NCBI GenBank assembly: GCA_031399525.1
Contig: JANNOZ010000010.1
Span: 295,132-359,131, forward strand
Length of the DNA: 64,000 bases
Direction of reading: 5' to 3'
From: Actinomycetes bacterium
Lineage (GTDB): Bacteria > Actinomycetota > Acidimicrobiia > Acidimicrobiales > CADCSY01
Shown here: positions 37,486 through 46,936 of the stretch, piece by piece
Layout: each line of letters starts with the position of its first letter
How positions within the stretch are numbered: the first letter of the stretch is position 1
The notes under the pieces: generated by a model
Told to the model about the DNA's origin: nothing
Databases searched by the model: none
The model's input: the letters and a program-made list of their open reading frames with translations, nothing else
Program-made: the position numbers and the translations under genes

Positions 37486-37887
37486 ATGCAGCTCCTCGAC
37501 CGCCGAGCGATCCTCGTGGGCGCCATCGTCGCCGCGGTCATCGCCGTGCCCGCGTCGCTCATCGGCCAAGCCCTCATCGACGAGCCGGCCAGGGGCAACG
37601 CGGTGTTCGCCGCTCTCGTCCCCGTCGTCGCCGGATTCGCCTTGGGCGGTGCGGTCGCCGCCCGGCTAGCGCCGGGCGCCCCGCTGGCCAACGGCGCCAT
37701 CGCCGCGTTGGCCGCATACCTCGCGGTCGAGCTGGTCGCGGTGCCGCTGAACCTCATCCAGGGCGACGATGTGGCGCCGGCGGCCATCGCCTTCGCCGCC
37801 ATCCTCGCCTACTCCGCCGGGTTGCTCGGCGCCCTCGTCACCGACCGCGTCGCCCGCCGGCGATCCGACGTCGGGTCGGCGCCCTGA
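37486..37887 (+). CDS. hypothetical membrane protein
   Basis: 133-aa tail of track ORF 37009..37887, starting at ATG 37486. Ala/Leu-rich with about 4 TM helices. Divergent from trpD. Confidence 0.55.
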   Translation: MQLLDRRAILVGAIVAAVIAVPASLIGQALIDEPARGNAVFAALVPVVAGFALGGAVAARLAPGAPLANGAIAALAAYLAVELVAVPLNLIQGDDVAPAAIAFAAILAYSAGLLGALVTDRVARRRSDVGSAP

Positions 37888-37906
37888 GCGGCCGGTTCTG
37901 CCGGCG

Positions 37907-39346
37907 GTGAGCATTCTGGTCATCGACGTCGGCTCGAGCGGCGTCCGGTCGTCAGTGGTCCGACCCGACGCCACGCTCACCGGCTACCACCATCAAGTGG
38001 TGCGACCCTCGACCCCGGGGGCGGGAGTGGTCGAGCTCGACGGCATCGCCCTGGCCGACGCCGTGCTGGCCACGGCCCGGGCCGCCCTGGCCGAGGCGGG
38101 TCCGGTCGCCGCCGTGGGCATCACCGCCCAGCGAGCCAGCACGATCGTGTGGGACCGGGCCACCGGCGTACCCGTCGGGCCGGGCATCGGCTGGCAGGAC
38201 CTGCGCACCGTGGGACCGTGCCTGGTGGCCCAGGGCAAGGGGGTGCGGGTCGGCCCCAACCAATCGGCCACCAAAGTCGTCTTCCTCCTCGACGCCGCCG
38301 ACCCGAGACGAACACGAGATCTGTGCGCCGGCACGATCGACACCTGGGTGGCCTGGGTGCTCTCCGAAGGCGCGCTCCACGTCACCGACCCGTCCAATGC
38401 CGGAGTCACCGGGCTGGTCGACGCCCAAGCCGACGATTGGGACCCGGCGGTACTCGACGTGATCGGAGTACCCCGCTCGGTCCTGGGCGACATCGTGGAC
38501 TCGAGCGGTGTCGTCGGGGTGGCCTCGGCCCTCGACGGGGCGCCGCCCATCGCCGGAATCGTCGGCGACCAGCAGGGCTCGCTGATCGGCCAGCGCTGTG
38601 TGCTCCCGGGCATGGCCAAGATCACCTTCGGGACCGGCGCCATGCTCGACGTGTGCGTCGGCGAGGACCGCCCACCGTGGGAGCGGCGGGGACCGCACGG
38701 GACCTTCCCGATCGTGGCCTGGCGGGACCGCCACCGCCAGGTCTGGGGCGTCGAAGCGATCGCGTTGGCCGCCGGCACAGCGGTCGACTGGCTGGTCGAC
38801 CTCGGCGTCCTCGCCGACGCCGCCGAGTCGGGCCCGGTGGCCGAGGGCTGCGACGACAGCGACGGCGCCTACTTCGTGCCGGCCTTGGCCGGCCTCGGCA
38901 CTCCCGAGTGGGACTACGGGGCCCGAGGCACCCTGGTCGGGGTGTCGGCCGGCACCAGTCGAGCCCGCCTGGTCCGAGCGGTGCTCGAGGGCATCGCCCA
39001 CCAGGGCGCCGACCTGGTCGACGCGGCCGAGGCCGACACCGGATCCACTTTCGAGTCGCTGCGAGTAGACGGTGGGATGACCGCCAACACCACGTTTCTC
39101 CAGGCCCTGGCCAATGCCACCCACCGGCCGGTCGAGGTGTCGCCCGAGCGCGAAGCCACCACGCTCGGCGCGGCGTTCTTGGCCGGACTGGCCGTGGGCA
39201 CCTGGAGCGACTGGGACGACGTGGCCTCGACGTGGGCGCCGGCGACGGTGGTCGAGCCGACCGGTCGCCTCGACCGGGCCCGGTGGCGGACCGCGGTCGA
39301 ACGGTCTCGGCGCTGGGTGCCGACGCTGTCCGCCCTCGATCTCTGA
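37907..39346 (+). CDS. glpK: FGGY-family carbohydrate kinase (glycerol kinase-like)
   Basis: Trimmed to GTG 37907 (VSILVIDVGSSGVR). Motifs GDQQGSLIGQ and VDGGMTAN. Confidence 0.8.
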   Translation: MSILVIDVGSSGVRSSVVRPDATLTGYHHQVVRPSTPGAGVVELDGIALADAVLATARAALAEAGPVAAVGITAQRASTIVWDRATGVPVGPGIGWQDLRTVGPCLVAQGKGVRVGPNQSATKVVFLLDAADPRRTRDLCAGTIDTWVAWVLSEGALHVTDPSNAGVTGLVDAQADDWDPAVLDVIGVPRSVLGDIVDSSGVVGVASALDGAPPIAGIVGDQQGSLIGQRCVLPGMAKITFGTGAMLDVCVGEDRPPWERRGPHGTFPIVAWRDRHRQVWGVEAIALAAGTAVDWLVDLGVLADAAESGPVAEGCDDSDGAYFVPALAGLGTPEWDYGARGTLVGVSAGTSRARLVRAVLEGIAHQGADLVDAAEADTGSTFESLRVDGGMTANTTFLQALANATHRPVEVSPEREATTLGAAFLAGLAVGTWSDWDDVASTWAPATVVEPTGRLDRARWRTAVERSRRWVPTLSALDL

Positions 39347-39435
39347 GTTCTTGCGTCCCCGCCCTTCCGATTCGGATTTGGGGCGACAGGCATCGATACG
39401 AGATCACGTGCGCGCCGCGGTGGGAGGATGCGCCG

Positions 39436-40176
39436 GTGGGATCGGTATCTGACCACCTCTTCGCCGTCATCGACGCGATGGGGTCGGCCGACGCCGACGT
39501 GCTCAGCCTGGCCGAGCTGACCCGGCGCACCGGCCTGGCCAAGCCGACCGTCCATCGCATCTGCGCCGACCTGGTCGAGCGTCGGGTACTCGACCGCGTC
39601 GACGGTGGCTTCCGCCTGGGCATCCACCTCTTCGAGCTGGGCAGCCGGGTCCCCGCGCAGCGCAGTCTTCGCGAGCTGGCACTCCCCTTCCTCGAAGACC
39701 TCTACGAGGCCGCCCACGAGCTGGTGCACATCGCCGTTCTCGACGGGACCGACGTGGTGTGCATCGAGAAGATCGCCAGCCACCGGGCCGCGGTCTCTCC
39801 GGCTCGGGTCGGCGGCCGCGATCCGGCGTACTGCACCGGCGTGGGCAAAGCCATGCTCGCCTACTCGCCCGACGAGTCCCTCGACGCCGTGCTGGCCCGG
39901 GGTCTGGCCCCGCGGACGCCGTATACGATCGTGGTGCCCCAGTTGCTGCGATCCCAGCTCGGCGAGGTGCGCCGAGCCGGCGTGGCCTACGACCGCGAGG
40001 AGCTCGCGCTGGGCATGACTTGTGTGGCCGCGCCGGTGCTCGACTCCCGGGGCCGGGCCGTCGCGGCGCTGTCGATCTCGGGCCCTCCGTCTCGCTTCGA
40101 GCCCGAGAGGGTGGCGGTGGCCGTGCGGACCGCGGCGCTCGGCCTCAGCCGCTCGCTCCGATCGGGGTTCCACTGA
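39436..40176 (+). CDS. IclR-family transcriptional regulator
   Basis: Only the last 246 codons of track ORF 38149..40176. GTG 39436 is preceded by GGGAGGA 7 nt upstream. wHTH LSLAELTRRTGLAKPTVHRI plus an IclR effector domain. Confidence 0.85.
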   Translation: MGSVSDHLFAVIDAMGSADADVLSLAELTRRTGLAKPTVHRICADLVERRVLDRVDGGFRLGIHLFELGSRVPAQRSLRELALPFLEDLYEAAHELVHIAVLDGTDVVCIEKIASHRAAVSPARVGGRDPAYCTGVGKAMLAYSPDESLDAVLARGLAPRTPYTIVVPQLLRSQLGEVRRAGVAYDREELALGMTCVAAPVLDSRGRAVAALSISGPPSRFEPERVAVAVRTAALGLSRSLRSGFH

Positions 40177-40226
40177 TCGGAACGACGGCGTCGGTGGCCG
40201 GGACGTCGGCGGGACAACCTGCCGCC

Positions 40227-40955
40227 ATGACCGACTACGTCTACCCGCCGCCAGAGGTCGAAGCCGTCTACCCGTTCGTGGCCCTGCCGTTCAGTCGCAA
40301 GCCCGACGACGAGGCGCGGGCTGCGGGCACCGCGTTCTACGAAGCGATGGAGCGGCGGCGCTCGTGTCGGATGTTCAGCGCCGACCCGGTGCCCCGCGAG
40401 CTGATCGACCTGGCCATCCGCACGGCCAACACGGCACCGTCAGGAGCACACCACCAACCCTGGAAGTTCGTGGTCATCGGCGACGCCGAGACCCGCCACG
40501 CCATCCGTGTGGCGGCCGAAGAGGAGGAGCGGGTCAACTACGAGGGGGGCCGGCTACCGGCCGAGTGGCGTGACGCCCTCGCCCCTCTGGGCACGACCTC
40601 GGACAAGTCCTACCTCGACGTGGTGCCCTGGATCGTGGTCGTCTTCGAAGAACGCTTCGCCGTGCTTCCGGACGGGTCCCAACGCAAGCACTACTACGTC
40701 AAGGAGAGCGTCGGGATCGCCTGCGGGCTGTTCCTGGCCGCACTCCACGAGATGGGGTTGTCGACCTTGACCCACACGCCTTCCCCCATGGCGTTCCTGT
40801 CCAAGATCCTCGAGCGGCCCGACAACGAACGGCCCTACATCCTGTTCCCGATCGGCTACCCGGCCGACGAGGCCAAGGTGCCCGACCTGGCCCGCAAGCC
40901 GCTGTCGCAGATCGTCGTAGAGTCGCCCGCCGTGCAGCGTGAGCGCCGATCGTGA
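40227..40955 (+). CDS. nitroreductase-family protein (iodotyrosine-deiodinase/BluB-like subgroup)
   Basis: ATG 40227 (MTDYVYPP). Motifs RRSCRMF, PSGAHHQPW and a conserved C-terminal pattern. Confidence 0.8.
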   Translation: MTDYVYPPPEVEAVYPFVALPFSRKPDDEARAAGTAFYEAMERRRSCRMFSADPVPRELIDLAIRTANTAPSGAHHQPWKFVVIGDAETRHAIRVAAEEEERVNYEGGRLPAEWRDALAPLGTTSDKSYLDVVPWIVVVFEERFAVLPDGSQRKHYYVKESVGIACGLFLAALHEMGLSTLTHTPSPMAFLSKILERPDNERPYILFPIGYPADEAKVPDLARKPLSQIVVESPAVQRERRS

Positions 40956-42072
40956 CCCGATCGTGATCCGTCTCCGGGAGGTGGCCCGCACCATCTCCGT
41001 GTCGACGCCCGGCGCCCCGGTCACCGACCCCGGGGTGGCCCAGCTCGGCGCCAACGAATGCCCCTTCGGACCGTTGCCGTCGGTCGAGGCTGCGGTGGTG
41101 GCCGCGCTGCGCGGCCGGGCCAACCGCTATCCCGACGTCGAGATGGTCGAGCTGCGGTCGGCCATCGCCGACTTCCACGGCGTCCACCTCGACCAGGTCT
41201 GGGTCGGAGCTGGCTCGCTCGATCTGCTGCGGATGGCCTGCGCGGCCACCAGTGGTCCGGGCGACGAGATCGTCGTCGGCCTTCCCGCCTTCTCCGAGTA
41301 CCCGCTCAACGTCGGCTTGACCGGCGCCCGGCTCTGCGGCGTCGAATCGGTCGATCACACCTTCGACCTCGACGCCATGGCCGACGCCGTGAGCGAGGCG
41401 ACCTCACTGGTCACGCTGTGCAACCCCAACAACCCGACGGGCACGGCCCTCGGCGCGTCGGCCGTGGTGCCGTTCCTGGCGTCGGTCCCTTCGGACCGCC
41501 TGGTGCTGTTCGACGAGGCCTACCGCGAGTTCGTCGATGACGACGCCCTCGACGGCGGCTACCCCGACGGCTTCGGGTTGTTGGCCGGCCACCCCAACCT
41601 CATCGTGCTGCGGACGTTTTCCAAGGCCTACGGGCTGGCCAATCTGCGGGTGGGCTACGGCGTGGGCGACCCCGAGGTGATCGGCGCCCTGCGGCGCCTG
41701 CGGGTGACCTGCGTCGTCAGCGATGTGGCTCAGGCCGCGGCGCTAGCCGCGCTGAGCGCCCAAGAGGAGCTGGCCGCCCGAGTGGCCGAGGTCACCGCCG
41801 AACGCCACCGGCTGCGGGCCGAGCTGGATGCCCTCGGGTGGTCCACGCCGGTGTCCCACACCAACTTCGTGTGGATGCCGACCAACGGTGACGCGGTGGC
41901 GATCGTCGCCGCCTGCCGGGCTGCCGACGTGCTCGTGCAGGCGTTCGGCCCCGACGGCGTTCGCATCACCGTCGGCCTGCCGGCCGAAAACGACCGCTTC
42001 CTCGCCGCCATGGCCACCTACGCAGCGAGTCGCCCCACCCCCGCCGACCCCGCTCGAATCTCGGATCGATAG
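40939..42072 (+). CDS. histidinol-phosphate/aromatic aminotransferase family (class II)
   Basis: 377 aa. NECPFGP, YPD, NPNNPTG and FSKAYGLANLRVGY. GTG start overlaps the upstream gene by 17 nt. Confidence 0.85.
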   Translation: MSADRDPIVIRLREVARTISVSTPGAPVTDPGVAQLGANECPFGPLPSVEAAVVAALRGRANRYPDVEMVELRSAIADFHGVHLDQVWVGAGSLDLLRMACAATSGPGDEIVVGLPAFSEYPLNVGLTGARLCGVESVDHTFDLDAMADAVSEATSLVTLCNPNNPTGTALGASAVVPFLASVPSDRLVLFDEAYREFVDDDALDGGYPDGFGLLAGHPNLIVLRTFSKAYGLANLRVGYGVGDPEVIGALRRLRVTCVVSDVAQAAALAALSAQEELAARVAEVTAERHRLRAELDALGWSTPVSHTNFVWMPTNGDAVAIVAACRAADVLVQAFGPDGVRITVGLPAENDRFLAAMATYAASRPTPADPARISDR

Positions 42073-42083
42073 CTGTCGCCCAT

Positions 42084-42134
42084 CGAACTCGGATCAATAG
42101 CGATTGGGACCCGCACGCTATTGATCCGAGTTCG
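42084..42134. terminator. 19-bp perfect inverted repeat hairpin between convergent genes
   Basis: CGAACTCGGATCAATAGCG (42084-42102) pairs with CGCTATTGATCCGAGTTCG (42116-42134). 13-nt loop. Confidence 0.6.
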
Positions 42135-42156
42135 GGGGTCGTCGGCGGCCGCGCCG

Positions 42157-42711
42157 CTACGGATGGCGGCCGATGAAGGCCAGCAGCTGGGTCTGGACCT
42201 CGGCGTCGTCAGCGACCTCGACCCGGGGCCCGTAGTGGCCGCTCTGGCGCAGCACGTCGTCCATCGGCTTCATGCCCTCGAGCATCTCGGCGCACTTGGC
42301 CGGGTCGAGGGTTTCGTCCTGGCCCGTGGCCCGGGCCAAGTCCCAGCGGTGGAGGAACACATCGCCGGTGTAGATCGTGGCAACCGCCTGACCGAGGGTC
42401 ATGGTGCCGATGTGGGGAAGGTCGTAGATACGCTCGGCGCTGACCGGGTCGTCGAGCAGGGCCTGCACCGCGTCGGTCTGGGTAGTCCACGCGCCCAAGG
42501 GGTCGATGTCGACCGATGGGCCCGAGGGCAGGCTGATGCCGGTCGACCCTTCGAGGAACGCCGGGAACCACTCAACGAGGTGGCGCACGACGTCTCGGGC
42601 CACCCAGCCCTCGGGCGGCGCCGGGTTGTCCCAGGCAGTGGGAGCCACCCCTTCGACGGTCTCGGTGAACTGCCCGGCCACGCGCCGATGCTCGTCGGCC
42701 GGGTTGCCCAT
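42157..42711 (-). CDS. DinB/mycothiol-maleylpyruvate-isomerase N-terminal-like family protein
   Basis: Trimmed to ATG 42711 (1-nt overlap with the upstream stop). 184 aa. N-terminal pattern MGNPADEHRRVAGQFTETVEGV...W is typical of TIGR03086-type proteins. Confidence 0.65.
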   Translation of the reverse strand: MGNPADEHRRVAGQFTETVEGVAPTAWDNPAPPEGWVARDVVRHLVEWFPAFLEGSTGISLPSGPSVDIDPLGAWTTQTDAVQALLDDPVSAERIYDLPHIGTMTLGQAVATIYTGDVFLHRWDLARATGQDETLDPAKCAEMLEGMKPMDDVLRQSGHYGPRVEVADDAEVQTQLLAFIGRHP

Positions 42712-43193
42712 CAGATCTCGCCGATGAGGGCGTCGAGCTTGGCGTATCCCTCGTTGACGCCGGTCTCCATGCCGCTGGCCAGCCACTGATCGCGGCCCTC
42801 GAAGCTGTCGACCAGCGACTGGGCGTGCAGTCGGGTGCGGCCGTCGCCCAGGTCTTCGAACCACAGCGTTTCGAGGGCGACACCCTCGGGCTGACCTTCG
42901 TAGGTGAAGGTCTGGACGATGCGGGCCTCGCCCACGTCGTGGAAGCAGCCGCGGAAGGCGTAGTCCTCGCCGTCACGTCGGGCGACGTAGCGCCAGCGGC
43001 CGCCAGTGGTGGCATCCCAGTCGATGATCTCGGTGGCCATCCCGTCGGGTCCGACCCAGCGGGCGAACAGCTCGGGATCGGTATGGGCTCGCATCAACTG
43101 AGCCGGGGTGGCGTCGAATTCTCGGGTCATCCGGATGATCGGCACGACGGGGTCGGCCTCGATGGAGACCTGGTACGGGTGGGTGGCGCTCAT
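42711..43193 (-). CDS. SRPBCC/AHSA1 (Aha1-like) domain protein
   Basis: Trimmed to ATG 43193 (ATGA overlap with the arsR stop). 160 aa. This is the usual partner of ArsR-type regulators. Confidence 0.75.
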   Translation of the reverse strand: MSATHPYQVSIEADPVVPIIRMTREFDATPAQLMRAHTDPELFARWVGPDGMATEIIDWDATTGGRWRYVARRDGEDYAFRGCFHDVGEARIVQTFTYEGQPEGVALETLWFEDLGDGRTRLHAQSLVDSFEGRDQWLASGMETGVNEGYAKLDALIGEI

Positions 43194-43573
43194 GACGCGG
43201 CTCCTTGTTGTGGCTGAGGGTTTGGGTGCTCGGTGCCGTGGTCGGCGGCCTGCATTTCGGCCAGCACGGCGTCGAGGCGTTCGTAGCGGGCTTGGGCCTG
43301 TTGGCGGTAGCGCTCGATCCACTTGGTCATCAGGTCGAAGACCTCGGCTTCGAGGTGACAGGGCCGCCGTTGGGCGACCTTGGTCTGGGTCACCAGGCCG
43401 GCCTGGGCCAACACCTTGATGTGCTTGGACACCGCTTGGATCGAGACGTCGTAGGGGTCGGCCAGCTCCCCCACCGTGGCGTCACCCACCGCCAGACGGG
43501 CGACCATGTCCCGCCGGGTCGGATCAGCCAGGGCAGCGAAGACTCGGGACAGCTCGTCGTCAGCGACGGCCAC
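43190..43573 (-). CDS. ArsR/SmtB-family transcriptional regulator
   Basis: 127 aa. wHTH LADPTRRDMVARLAVGDATVGELADPYDVSIQAVSKHIKVL. GTG start preceded by AAGGAGGA. Confidence 0.9.
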   Translation of the reverse strand: MAVADDELSRVFAALADPTRRDMVARLAVGDATVGELADPYDVSIQAVSKHIKVLAQAGLVTQTKVAQRRPCHLEAEVFDLMTKWIERYRQQAQARYERLDAVLAEMQAADHGTEHPNPQPQQGAAS

Positions 43574-43588
43574 GGTGGCTCCTCCTTA

Positions 43589-43649
43589 TCAACCGGTTGG
43601 TTGAGAGCACGGTACGGACCCGGGCTGGAGTTGTCAACCTGATGGTTGA
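43589..43649. promoter_or_regulatory. two copies of a 16-bp palindromic operator candidate upstream of arsR
   Basis: TCAACCGGTTGGTTGA (43589-43604) and TCAACCTGATGGTTGA (43634-43649). 14/16 positions are identical. Each has TCAACC/GGTTGA arms. Confidence 0.55.
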
Positions 43650-43728
43650 TCAGAGCCACCTCGCTTGTTGATTCCCCGGGCGTTGCCGCCGGGACGTTCG
43701 GCTCTACTGCAACCCCCGGCATCATCGG

Positions 43729-44673
43729 ATGATCACGCCCGTGAGCACGCCAAGACGTCCGGGGACGGCTCCGCTGCGCCACGGATGGGCACCAGCCGAA
43801 CCGCTGCGACACCCAGTGCTGTTCGTGAACCCGAGGTCGGGTGGCGGCAAAGCGGCGCGCGCTGGCCTCGCCGACGAGGCGCGAACACGGGGCATCGAGG
43901 TCGTTGGCCTCGATCCCGATGACGACCTCTCGGCCTTGGCGGCCGCGGCTGTGGCCGCTGGCGCCGACGCTCTAGGCGTCGCCGGTGGCGATGGCTCGCT
44001 GGGGGTCGTCGCCGACGTGGCTCTGACCCACGGGGTCCCCTTCGTGTGCATTCCCGCCGGCACCCGCAATCACTTCGCGCTCGACTTGGGGGTGAACCGG
44101 CGAGACCTGGTCGGCGCGCTCGATGCGTTCACCGATGGGGTGGAGCGCTCGATCGACGTGGCCCTCGTGAACGGGAGGTTGTTCCTGAACAACGTCTCGC
44201 TCGGCATCTACGGCGACGCCGTCCGACAGCCCGAGTACCGCCAAGCGAAGGCGCGCACCCTGCTGGCGACCATGCAATCGGTGCTCGGCCCCAGCCGGTC
44301 CGCCACCGGGCTACGACTGATGGACGACCGCGGCCTCGAGCACCGTGACCTCGCGGTCGTGCTGATCTCCAACAACCCGTATGCGTTGCGCCGGCCGTTG
44401 GTGACCGGAACACGGCCGTCTCTCACCAGTGGTCAGCTGGGTGTCCTCGTCATCGATCAACCCGACGGCGACGCGCTGGGCCACCTTGAGCCCGGTCGGG
44501 CTTGGACGGCGGCCACCCTCGAGATCGACGCGCCGGGACCAGTGTCGGCTGGCGTCGACGGCGAGTCCGTCGAGTTGCAGCCGCCGATCGAGCTGTCGAT
44601 CCAGCCCGCCGCGCTGCGCGTCAGGATCTCGTCGCGCCACCCCGGAGTGTCGCCGTCGGGACTAGCGCCGTGA
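43729..44673 (+). CDS. diacylglycerol/lipid kinase family protein
   Basis: 314 aa. VLFVNPRSGGG, VAGGDGSLGVV and IPAGTRNHFA. Confidence 0.85.
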   Translation: MITPVSTPRRPGTAPLRHGWAPAEPLRHPVLFVNPRSGGGKAARAGLADEARTRGIEVVGLDPDDDLSALAAAAVAAGADALGVAGGDGSLGVVADVALTHGVPFVCIPAGTRNHFALDLGVNRRDLVGALDAFTDGVERSIDVALVNGRLFLNNVSLGIYGDAVRQPEYRQAKARTLLATMQSVLGPSRSATGLRLMDDRGLEHRDLAVVLISNNPYALRRPLVTGTRPSLTSGQLGVLVIDQPDGDALGHLEPGRAWTAATLEIDAPGPVSAGVDGESVELQPPIELSIQPAALRVRISSRHPGVSPSGLAP

Positions 44674-44736
44674 TCGCGCCGCCGCGTCCCTCCCGGCCCA
44701 CGCGCCGGCTTCCGCCGCGCCACTACGGTCGGGGCC

Positions 44737-45159
44737 ATGCCTGATCCAGTGCACGTCGACCTCATGCAGCGGTTCCTCGATGCCACCTCGACCAACCAGC
44801 TCGATGCGTTCGACGAGCTGATGACCGACGACTACGAGGCCGAGGGCCGCCCGGGCCGGGGACCCGAGTCGCAAAAGGCTCACTTTGGCGCCGAGGCTGA
44901 CGGGCTCAGCGACAAGCGGGCCGAATTGGTGTGGCTCATCAGCGAGGACGACGCCTTCGCCGCCCACTACCGCCTCACCGGTCGCCACACCGGCACGTTC
45001 ATGGGTGTGCCCGCGTCGGGCGCCGAGGTCTCACTCGGATCGTTCGGCTTCTTCTGGGTCCGCGACGGCAAGCTTTGTCGCCACGCCGGCACCTCCAACC
45101 TCCTGCCCGCCCTGGTCGCCATGGGCGTGACGCCTCCGGGCTTCCCTGCCCAACGGTGA
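44737..45159 (+). CDS. SnoaL-like (NTF2-fold) ester cyclase family protein
   Basis: 140 aa. C-terminal HTGTFMGVPASG...FFWVRDGK pattern typical of ester cyclases. Confidence 0.7.
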   Translation: MPDPVHVDLMQRFLDATSTNQLDAFDELMTDDYEAEGRPGRGPESQKAHFGAEADGLSDKRAELVWLISEDDAFAAHYRLTGRHTGTFMGVPASGAEVSLGSFGFFWVRDGKLCRHAGTSNLLPALVAMGVTPPGFPAQR

Positions 45160-46289
45160 CGCCGACGCTCGACGCCACCACCGCCCGGCGCCTCCGCCTG
45201 ACCAGCCTGCTGCTCGCCGACAAGCCCGGCGATCCCGGCCGCCCTACGGGGCCGGTCGATGTCGCCGGCGTGGTCGAGTGGTTCGGCGCCATGCAGGCCC
45301 AAGACCTGGGCAGCGGCCTCTGGTCACTCGGCACCCGACTCCCCCACCTCGACAAGGCAGGCGTCGAAGCCGCCCTCGAACGCCGCGAAGCGCTGCGCAC
45401 CTGGCCCATGCGGGGCACCGTTCACCTCGTACCACCCCGCGACGCTCGCTGGATGCTGGACCTGATGGGCGCCAGACCTCTGGCTGGAGCAGCCAAGCGT
45501 CGGGCCTTCCTGGGCCTGCCCGACGACACCGCCGAGCGGGCCGTCGACGTGCTCGGGACGACGCTGGCCGGAGGTAAACGTTTGACCCGGGCCGAGTGCC
45601 TGGCCGCCTTGGCCGACGCCGGTATCGGCGGCAACGAGAATTGGGGCTACCACCTTCTCTGGTACGCCAGCCAGCGGGGCGTGACCTGCATCGCCCCCAA
45701 CGTCGGCAAGGAGCAGACCTTCGTCCTGCTCGACGACTGGGTTCCGAACCCCAACCAGCCCAGTCGCGACGAGGCCTTGGCGACCATCGCCACCCGCTAC
45801 GTGCGCAGTCACGGGCCCGCCACCCGACAGGACTTCGCCGGCTGGACTGGGTTCGGCGCGGCCGAAGCCAGGGCGGCGCTTGCCCTGGCCACCGACGCAG
45901 TCGGCGTGGCGACGCTCGACGGACAAGAGGTGCTGGTGGCCCCCGAGTTGCTCGACCTCCTGCCCTCGACCGACGACCTCGCCGACACCGACGTCTGGGC
46001 CCTGGCCGGATTCGACGAGTTCCTCCTCGGCTACAAGGACCGCTCGCTGGTATTGGGCGAGGGCCACCTCAAGGCGGTCATCCCGGGAAGCAACGGCGTG
46101 TTCCGACCCACGATCGTGCGTGGCGGCCAGGTCGTGGCCACCTGGACCCGCACGACGACCAAGACCAAAGTCACCGTCAGCGTCGCCCCGCTCGTGACGC
46201 TGAAGGCCGCCGACCGTCGCCGGGTTGAGTCAGCGTTGGCGCCCTACGCCCGCTTCCTCGGACTCGACCTCGTGGTGCGCTGGCCCTGA
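45156..46289 (+). CDS. YcaQ/AlkZ-family winged-helix protein (DUF1006; interstrand-crosslink DNA glycosylase family)
   Basis: Trimmed to GTG 45156 (GTGA overlap). Motifs AMQAQD, TWPMRGTVHLV and FDEFLLGY. Confidence 0.75.
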   Translation: MTPTLDATTARRLRLTSLLLADKPGDPGRPTGPVDVAGVVEWFGAMQAQDLGSGLWSLGTRLPHLDKAGVEAALERREALRTWPMRGTVHLVPPRDARWMLDLMGARPLAGAAKRRAFLGLPDDTAERAVDVLGTTLAGGKRLTRAECLAALADAGIGGNENWGYHLLWYASQRGVTCIAPNVGKEQTFVLLDDWVPNPNQPSRDEALATIATRYVRSHGPATRQDFAGWTGFGAAEARAALALATDAVGVATLDGQEVLVAPELLDLLPSTDDLADTDVWALAGFDEFLLGYKDRSLVLGEGHLKAVIPGSNGVFRPTIVRGGQVVATWTRTTTKTKVTVSVAPLVTLKAADRRRVESALAPYARFLGLDLVVRWP

Positions 46290-46407
46290 CCGACGCGGTC
46301 CCATCGGCCCGTCGCGTGACCTTTGGCCCTGTCCTCTCCGGCCGGACACGGGCAGGGTCGAGCGGTCCTTGGCCATGCCCGGTCGGGCAACCCGAAGGAG
46401 ACCCAGG

Positions 46408-46935
46408 ATGAAGACAGTGATCGTCTACGAATCGATGTATGGCAACACCCGCGCCCTGGCTGAGCACATCGCCGCCGCGGTACGCCGCACCGGCGAAGTC
46501 GACGTCGCCGCCGTGGCCGTAGCCGACGCCACGCCCGAGCTGATCACCGGCGCCGATCTGGTGATCGTCGGGGGCCCGACCCACGTGCATGGCATGTCCT
46601 GGTCGACCACCCGCCGCAGCGCGGTCGAGGAAGCCGATACGCCCGACTCCCTCGACCCCGACGCCGAGGGACCAGGGCTGCGCGACTGGTTCCATCAGGT
46701 CGACCGGGTCCACGACACTCCGGCCGCCGCCTTCGACACCCGCATCGACGCCAACCCGGCCTTCACCGGGCGGGCTTCGGTGGGGATCAGCCGCCGGCTC
46801 CGCCACCACGGCTTCCGGGAGATCGCTGAGCCCGAGAGCTTCCTGGTCGACAAGGAGAGCCACCTTCTTGCGGGCGAGGAGGACCGGGCCGAACAATGGG
46901 CCAGGAGCCTGCTCGACCGGCTCCGGCAAGCCTGA
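46408..46935 (+). CDS. flavodoxin-domain protein
   Basis: ATG 46408 preceded by GAAGGAG 7 nt upstream. MKTVIVYESMYGNTRALAE. Confidence 0.8.
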   Translation: MKTVIVYESMYGNTRALAEHIAAAVRRTGEVDVAAVAVADATPELITGADLVIVGGPTHVHGMSWSTTRRSAVEEADTPDSLDPDAEGPGLRDWFHQVDRVHDTPAAAFDTRIDANPAFTGRASVGISRRLRHHGFREIAEPESFLVDKESHLLAGEEDRAEQWARSLLDRLRQA

Positions 46936-46936
46936 C

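Noticed and set aside
38149-39435. N-terminal ~430 codons of the 675-aa track ORF 38149..40176
   Set aside because: This part is out of frame with, and overlaps, the FGGY kinase gene. It is Arg/Gly/Pro junk. Only the last 246 codons, from SD-preceded GTG 39436, form the IclR regulator.
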